This document shows positions 52,901 through 64,000 of a stretch of 64,000 bases of DNA, in pieces. The notes under the pieces were generated by a model that saw only the letters and a list, made by a program, of their open reading frames with translations, did not search any database and was not told where the DNA came from. Location: assembly GCA_040954595.2 (NCBI GenBank), contig CM082583.2:11694636-11758635 (forward strand). The letters are read 5' to 3'. Origin of the DNA: Balanoglossus misakiensis (taxonomy: Eukaryota; Animalia; Hemichordata). Made by a program: the position numbers and the translations under genes. The first letter of the stretch is position 1, and each line of letters opens with the position of its first letter.

Positions 52901-54700
52901 TCAGCTGCCGGAGTAAAACGTTTAACTAGCAAAGATCTGTCACTGCATGCACTCATTATGAGTCTGAAAAAAGTGTTGGCCACTTGTCCACTATAACATG
53001 TGTGTAAAAATATCTTTTACAGACTACCATCTATATATGTGAATTTTAATACCGTTGTTCAGTGTATCTAAAAGTAAATGTGCTAAAAACAGAAGTGATA
53101 AACATTAAAATGCATGTTGGTTTCATTTGACTACATTCAATCTACTCTTCAGGCAAATATAACCTTTATAAATAATGTAGTGGCAATCATAAAGATATGT
53201 ATATTGTAGCAGCTCGTTAATAATTCTGTTTACATATCTTGAGGAACCAGCAGGTGATTTTTGAGGCATCCTTTTCACTGATACCCTCAGCCTGGCTCTC
53301 ACAGGGGTGGATTACATACTGTTATATGTGCCAGTCTAACTGTCTTGCCTGGCACATGCTAAGGTATCCTTATAGTTAATTAGACACTTTTAACAATAGC
53401 CTACCTGTAATTCTCAGAAACCTGTCAATTAAATTGGGTTATCAGTACAACTTCCAGGAAAATGGGGTGATTCAACTTTCAATTTGTTGAATGCAGCCAC
53501 CAATAGATAAGGACAATGCAATGCAGAAGGTATATCAGGAATTGACTTGTGGATAACAGAATATCGTACTGTATTAAACTTTGACTCTTTAGAATCACGA
53601 CAGGGGAATTTGGTGAGGAAATATTTAAATCATTGCAACACCAAGCATGGAACCTGTGGTTAAACATTCCACAGTTAGTATACATCTGACTCAAATCTAG
53701 TTTCATAGAATTGCGTGTCACCATGCAGCGAAAATGGCAGGTGGGAATGGTGACCAGAAATGTACGTTTCACTGGTTGGTCACAGTTAGGGGGCCCTAAC
53801 CCAGACACCATAAAGGCCACGGAGTGATGAGATCATGGTGGGAATTCCTGTAAACATGTCAGTCAGGGTCAACAACCCATGATGTCATAAATTACAACAG
53901 CATTACATCATTTTGTACCACAGTGTGTTGTACAGTCCAGCCATTTTATTACAACATAAAATATATAGCCCTGTGATTCAGACAAAACTTCTTGGGTAAG
54001 TTTCTATGAAGAAAATAATCAGAAACATTAAGACAGCAGTTAACACTTTGTCATTATATAGATTTTCCTGTGTTTTTCCATTTCAATATTTTCCTGCATT
54101 TTCTGTTTACAGTTTACATGAAAAAAATAACAGGTTGGAAGTGATGTCATCCCCCAAGGTGAAACAAATACGTCATTTTGATGGATCAAAACAACCTAAT
54201 CAATTTGACTTCAAGTGACAAATGTTTCTGTTAGCAATGCTTGCAGGCTATTATCCACTGCCCCTCAGGACCACTGATACCACCAACACACACAGGGCTT
54301 ATTTAACTGAGGATAGATATGATCAGAGTTCTCCCCAGAAAACTTAAATATATACTCATTATCATAACAACTACATTGTTATGCAAATTAAGCGATACTG
54401 TATCAGAGATATATGTCATTGGCACTGGCATGGAATTGGTACCTCACAAAACAAGCACACATGACAATCAGAACAATACAATATTGTTTTCCTATTTGCT
54501 AGGAACTTGCATTCTTACATACCAATAAAGGATTGTCTGCTTATGCTGGGCCACCTCAGCACATCACCACAAAGTCAAAGCTAGGTCAAGTGAGTGAGTG
54601 AGTGAGTGAGCCCTGATTGTTGCTCATGAGATGGTTAGCTGGACGTTGTATAATGATAGTACTGGTACCTTGTTTTGGGCACAAAAATAATCTAGATTAC

Positions 54701-54830
54701 ACCTGTACTATTACAGGTCACCAATGTTTGATAAAAAAAAGCAAAATTTGGCAGTGTCATAATCATCACTGACACTGCCACATTTTGCTTGTGTTCACTG
54801 TTGTACGGTGTACCTGGGTATGACAGGGTG
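54701..54830. repeat. Palindromic foldback element (MITE-like) in the inferred DENND4 first intron
   Basis: aagcaaaatttggcagtgtca (54739-54759) versus tgacactgccacattttgctt (54770-54790): 20/21 complementary with a 10-nt loop, plus degenerate outer arms. Confidence 0.65.
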
Positions 54831-55299
54831 CTTGAATGTTTTCAATGGGCTACAACCACCGCACTGACTAAATGCATTTAGCCGGAAGCTTTCACTACAC
54901 ATGAATAGTCTATTTTCATAACAAAAACCGAAGAACAAGACGCATTCTTCAGGGAATGTTAATGCACGTAAAATGGCAGTGGGACTTCACTTCAGGAGTT
55001 CTGAATCCTGCCAAAACTGAGTATGATCAAAATGAAATGACTCTGCAGATTTCATCTACTACACTTTGTGACAGGTATAGTGGGCGTACACATTGTATGG
55101 TTGCACTGTCTATGTGCGGATTATATGCGACATGTAGATTATCTACAGTCGGGTTCATTTCAAGGACACCATGCCAAGCCCCTAAACAACCAGAGTCCAT
55201 TCCAATAATTAGTGGACTGAACTCATGTAACACCTGGTATCCCGCTGTTTCGTTCAAACAATCCCAGACGCGATCTATTATCACGTCTGAGATGATAAT

Positions 55300-56000
55300 G
55301 TGCACGATATTATGAGATTCTCTCTTAACAAAATGCGCCAGTAAGTTGAAAAAACATACGTTGCCTTCGCGCTATCTGGTTATATTAAAAACGAAAGCTT
55401 GAACGCGGACACATGTGACCATGTACATTACATCTTTCATTTCATGTGAACTATATTCAAACTGTTTTATAATCTTCTTTCAAAATAACAGACACAATCA
55501 CAGTAGATTTTAACGGCCCATCTTCCCTTCTCGACCAAATTTAAGTAAATTGTCATTAAATTCCGAATCTTGGAATTCACACGGAATATTCAATGCATGT
55601 TGGTGGTCGACGGTCGGTTGCAACGCGTGTACACTACCATCACTGGCACTGCACTGCGTTTTGTGAACTCTCGCCAGACAGAACACACCTAGAGTCAGGA
55701 TCAAGAACAAACAAATCGGCTTACTTACAAGCTATTAAATTGAATCGTAATATCCCGCAGCAAACCTTCTTCATGTAGAATACTAGTAGAAAGATACGTG
55801 TGAGCTTTTACAGGAATTCCAGCCAATAATATTGTCGGTGGCAATTTTCAGGCGGACACTGGCCGCCATTGTGAAAATCTGGAGAGCCAGAGATGTACGA
55901 TTGATAGGCAACAACCATTTTGCCAATAGGGGAAATTGGTGTTCTCGGAGGGACGGGTTCACAGAGACACTGTAAATAACTGCATGTTGACATTCTGGTT
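55300..56000 (-). promoter_or_regulatory. CpG-enriched putative DENND4 promoter and non-coding first exon
   Basis: Local CpG enrichment, a strong gtaagtaag donor at ~55728, and an acceptor at ~49947 just upstream of the ATG. Inference only. Confidence 0.4.
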
Positions 56001-58709
56001 TTGTTTTATCTTAAAAGGGAAATCAATAATCATTTTTTGTACCTCCAAAGTAGTACACTTATGATTTATTCCATATCAGACATGGGTACATGAAACAACA
56101 GTTTACGATGTTCCCACCACTTGCAGGCGCTCTCCACTTCCCCACTACGTATGTTCATTGTGTGCATGCTGTTCTGGCTTTCATTTGGGAAACTTAAAAT
56201 CATCATGTAATATCGACCACTAATCAATTGGGTTCATTTAAAATAGCATATTTATTAAACAACTAAAATGTTAAAAAATCAAATTGTATTGTGTTGAGGT
56301 TACATTGCAACCCTTGGCCGAAATAACCAGTCACAAAGTTTTGCTGTGTAGTTCTGTTGGTATTCAAGTCTCAGCAAAAGCCTAACATCTTCATCCAAAA
56401 TCTGTACAGCTTTCACTCTAGACTTAATTAATGACCAAAACTGGGGCTAATATGACTGCACAAGTTGATTGGTGTATTTCCCTTGGGTAGCAAGTCTGCT
56501 GGGTGCAACATCCTCTGGATCCACTTTTACGACATAAAATAGAACAATCTGCACTCATTTGTTGGTAGCAAACATTTATGAAACTCATTTTCAACAGTAC
56601 AATGGTACATCTACAGTTATAAAGTCTATTAAATAAGAAATAGTGAGCATAATTATAGAAACAATCCGTATACATGACAATATTCTGTCAAAAGTTGGCT
56701 TGGTTACTCAATTTTTTAATTATAAAGCCCATGAAGCCAACATTCTAAACAGTGTCATAAGATGTGAGACAGAATGGTACTATGCTGCTCATGCCCAAAT
56801 TACAATGGTATGATCCATTCTGCTGAAGGATACATTAAGAGTATTCCAGTCAACACAGATTGTGGGGGTGAGAAGTATGTCCTCGGTGATATGCTCATTA
56901 AATACATTGGAAAGAGAGTTTTCCATACAAAGAATTTTCAGTAAAACACTGAACAGGGCTCTCTACAATGTAAATACTGTTTGGAAATCATGGATATTGC
57001 AGGTCTCTGCAATAAACATTTCATTGTCATTGTCAGGACATTACATCAGTACCAAAAGTGATATTGCACCTATACAAGCAAGAAGGCCAAAGTCATGCTT
57101 TATTTATACATTTAAGGTTCATATTGAAAAATATAGACCTAACATTTCCAACTAATTTGGCAGAATTTTCTCAAATTGGCAATCAGTGTACTCAGTTAAA
57201 ATGTGCACCATTTTCTCAAAGATTTGTAAATGTGCATTTGTGTAACGATCGGTGAAAGTCAGTGAGAAAACAAAAATACAAAATATATGCAAACTTCTAT
57301 GCCCCATCGTGATTGGACATTTTGACATCATGCATACAACAAACATAAACATTAATGTTATTATACATTGATTCCACATGTTGGTATAAAATGGCAGTTG
57401 CGACATCACAAGTATTGTTCAAAAAGTACACCACCCTAGCCATGTCTACCATCCACTGAAGTAATCTCATGTTTTTAAAGGCAACATATCATTTGGATTG
57501 TTGTCATTCAGGGCAGAATTGACTGTACTTGTTGCAACCTGAGAATGAATACATGAGATTTCTAGAAATTGCCATACACTGCTAGTTCAGACATTGCAAT
57601 TAAAACAGAGAGTGTAATCTTAACTTACAGATGGTACAGGTGAACTTAACTGTAAAAAGAGACATCTCTAAAATGGCTGATGGTGGCTGAGATGAAACAC
57701 ACTGTAATACTAAATCTTTCACCAGCAAAGCAATAGCAAAGTTGCAAAGACATTTATCAACAATTTAATGTAACGTTACATTTACTGATTGATATGAGTA
57801 ATTAATATAACAATCCCAACAGAAAAGTCAAATGTACCTAAACACCTACAATGGCCACACAGAGTATATGCCATCCGTGTGCAGACTCTTGCCTCATGTG
57901 TTGTTTTTTTGTCAAAAATACAAAAATTGAAATCAAATCTATGTATTCATGCTCCAAAACTGTCATACAAATGTTTACAAAAGCTACATAAATAGTCCAC
58001 AGTTTAAATATTTTTGTGTTAAATCAAGCATCTCATGATGCAAATAAACATTATTGAGATCTTAAATACAGCACTCATTCCACACTATATACATCTCTAA
58101 GGTGACTACAATAAATTACTTTGGCAGTGTTTATATTTCACATAACATATAATGGGCAATGGTTCTGAAGAAATTGTATATCAATCATCAAGGTCAACCC
58201 AGCAGTTGACCGAGTCTTTATTTATTTTAAAAATGTTTTCCTGTTTACTTTTTATTACAACATGATGCAGAGTTGTTTATCACCTGTCATCACATGACTG
58301 GTTCATATTTCTATTGCACTCTACTATTGTTAGTCAATGAGTTGTCCATCAAACTTTTTAGAAATTCTTTGTTGTTGTGTAGTTATCCCTGTTTTGTTTT
58401 TAAAGCAGACTTTGTAAATTTTGATTGCTCTGAGAAAGTACAAGATTGGAGGCTATTAGGAAGATTTCAGGCAAAAATAAAAATTGTTCTTTCTACATAC
58501 TATTTCAATATTTTAATGGCTGACACGAGATCAAACGAAAATGGAAAGTTTCCTAAAATCTAATAATCCTTATTTATCAGTTTCCACTAATAAGGCAATA
58601 TTATTAAGATACCCAGCAGTTATTTGGTTTTAGTTGTTAAAGTTTCCACTTGGGTGCTGTCGCGATAAAGATATCCGTTACTTGTAATACATCTCTACAG
58701 TGTAATGCC

Positions 58710-58797
58710 TTAACCCTTTAACCCCCATTTCCTTCAGAAAAGTCCAACTAAACCACAGAAAACAATGGATTTGGACCGTTCCATGGTAGTGAGAGGG

Positions 58798-58801
<4 letters not shown>
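58710..58801. mobile_element. ~90-bp TTAA-flanked MITE, copy 2, overlapping the FERM gene stop codon
   Basis: ttaaccctttaacccc...agaaaacaatgg...ccatggtagtgagagggttaa, colinear with copy 1. Confidence 0.75.

Positions 58802-64000
<5,199 letters not shown>

Noticed and set aside
54739-54790. Hairpin containing TGGCAGTGT (miR-34-like seed)
   Set aside because: The sequence after the seed does not match miR-34, and the seed lies mid-arm. It is better explained as a palindromic MITE.
50000-55300. Short ORFs of 62-119 aa in the inferred DENND4 first intron as another nested gene or transposase
   Set aside because: No domain motifs, no spliceable exon chain and no transposase signature recognised.

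Overview
AT-rich, intron-dense animal genomic DNA. It is not prokaryotic, and most ORFs in the track are exon fragments or antisense shadows. Gene content suggests an invertebrate deuterostome, possibly a hemichordate or other ambulacrarian (inference). Five multi-exon genes lie head-to-tail on the minus strand, with short gaps between inferred poly(A) signals and the next promoter: a FRMD3/FRMD5-like FERM-TM protein (5' end beyond the window), a DENND4 Rab-GEF, a two-Ig FGFR, an NKCC-type SLC12 cotransporter, and PDE8. A complete 4-exon secreted angiopoietin-like/fibrinogen-domain gene is nested antisense inside a DENND4 intron. The most notable signals are: a 90-nt, two-cysteine cassette exon inside FGFR IgIII, flanked by UGCAUG sites; an atypical FGFR activation segment (GLVP for GRLP) and a PDZ-type tail; several candidate microexons and poison exons in DENND4 and the FERM gene; two GC-AG introns; and a ~90-bp TTAA-flanked MITE, one copy of which sits exactly on the FERM gene stop codon. 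Exon boundaries were read by eye and may be off by a few bases.
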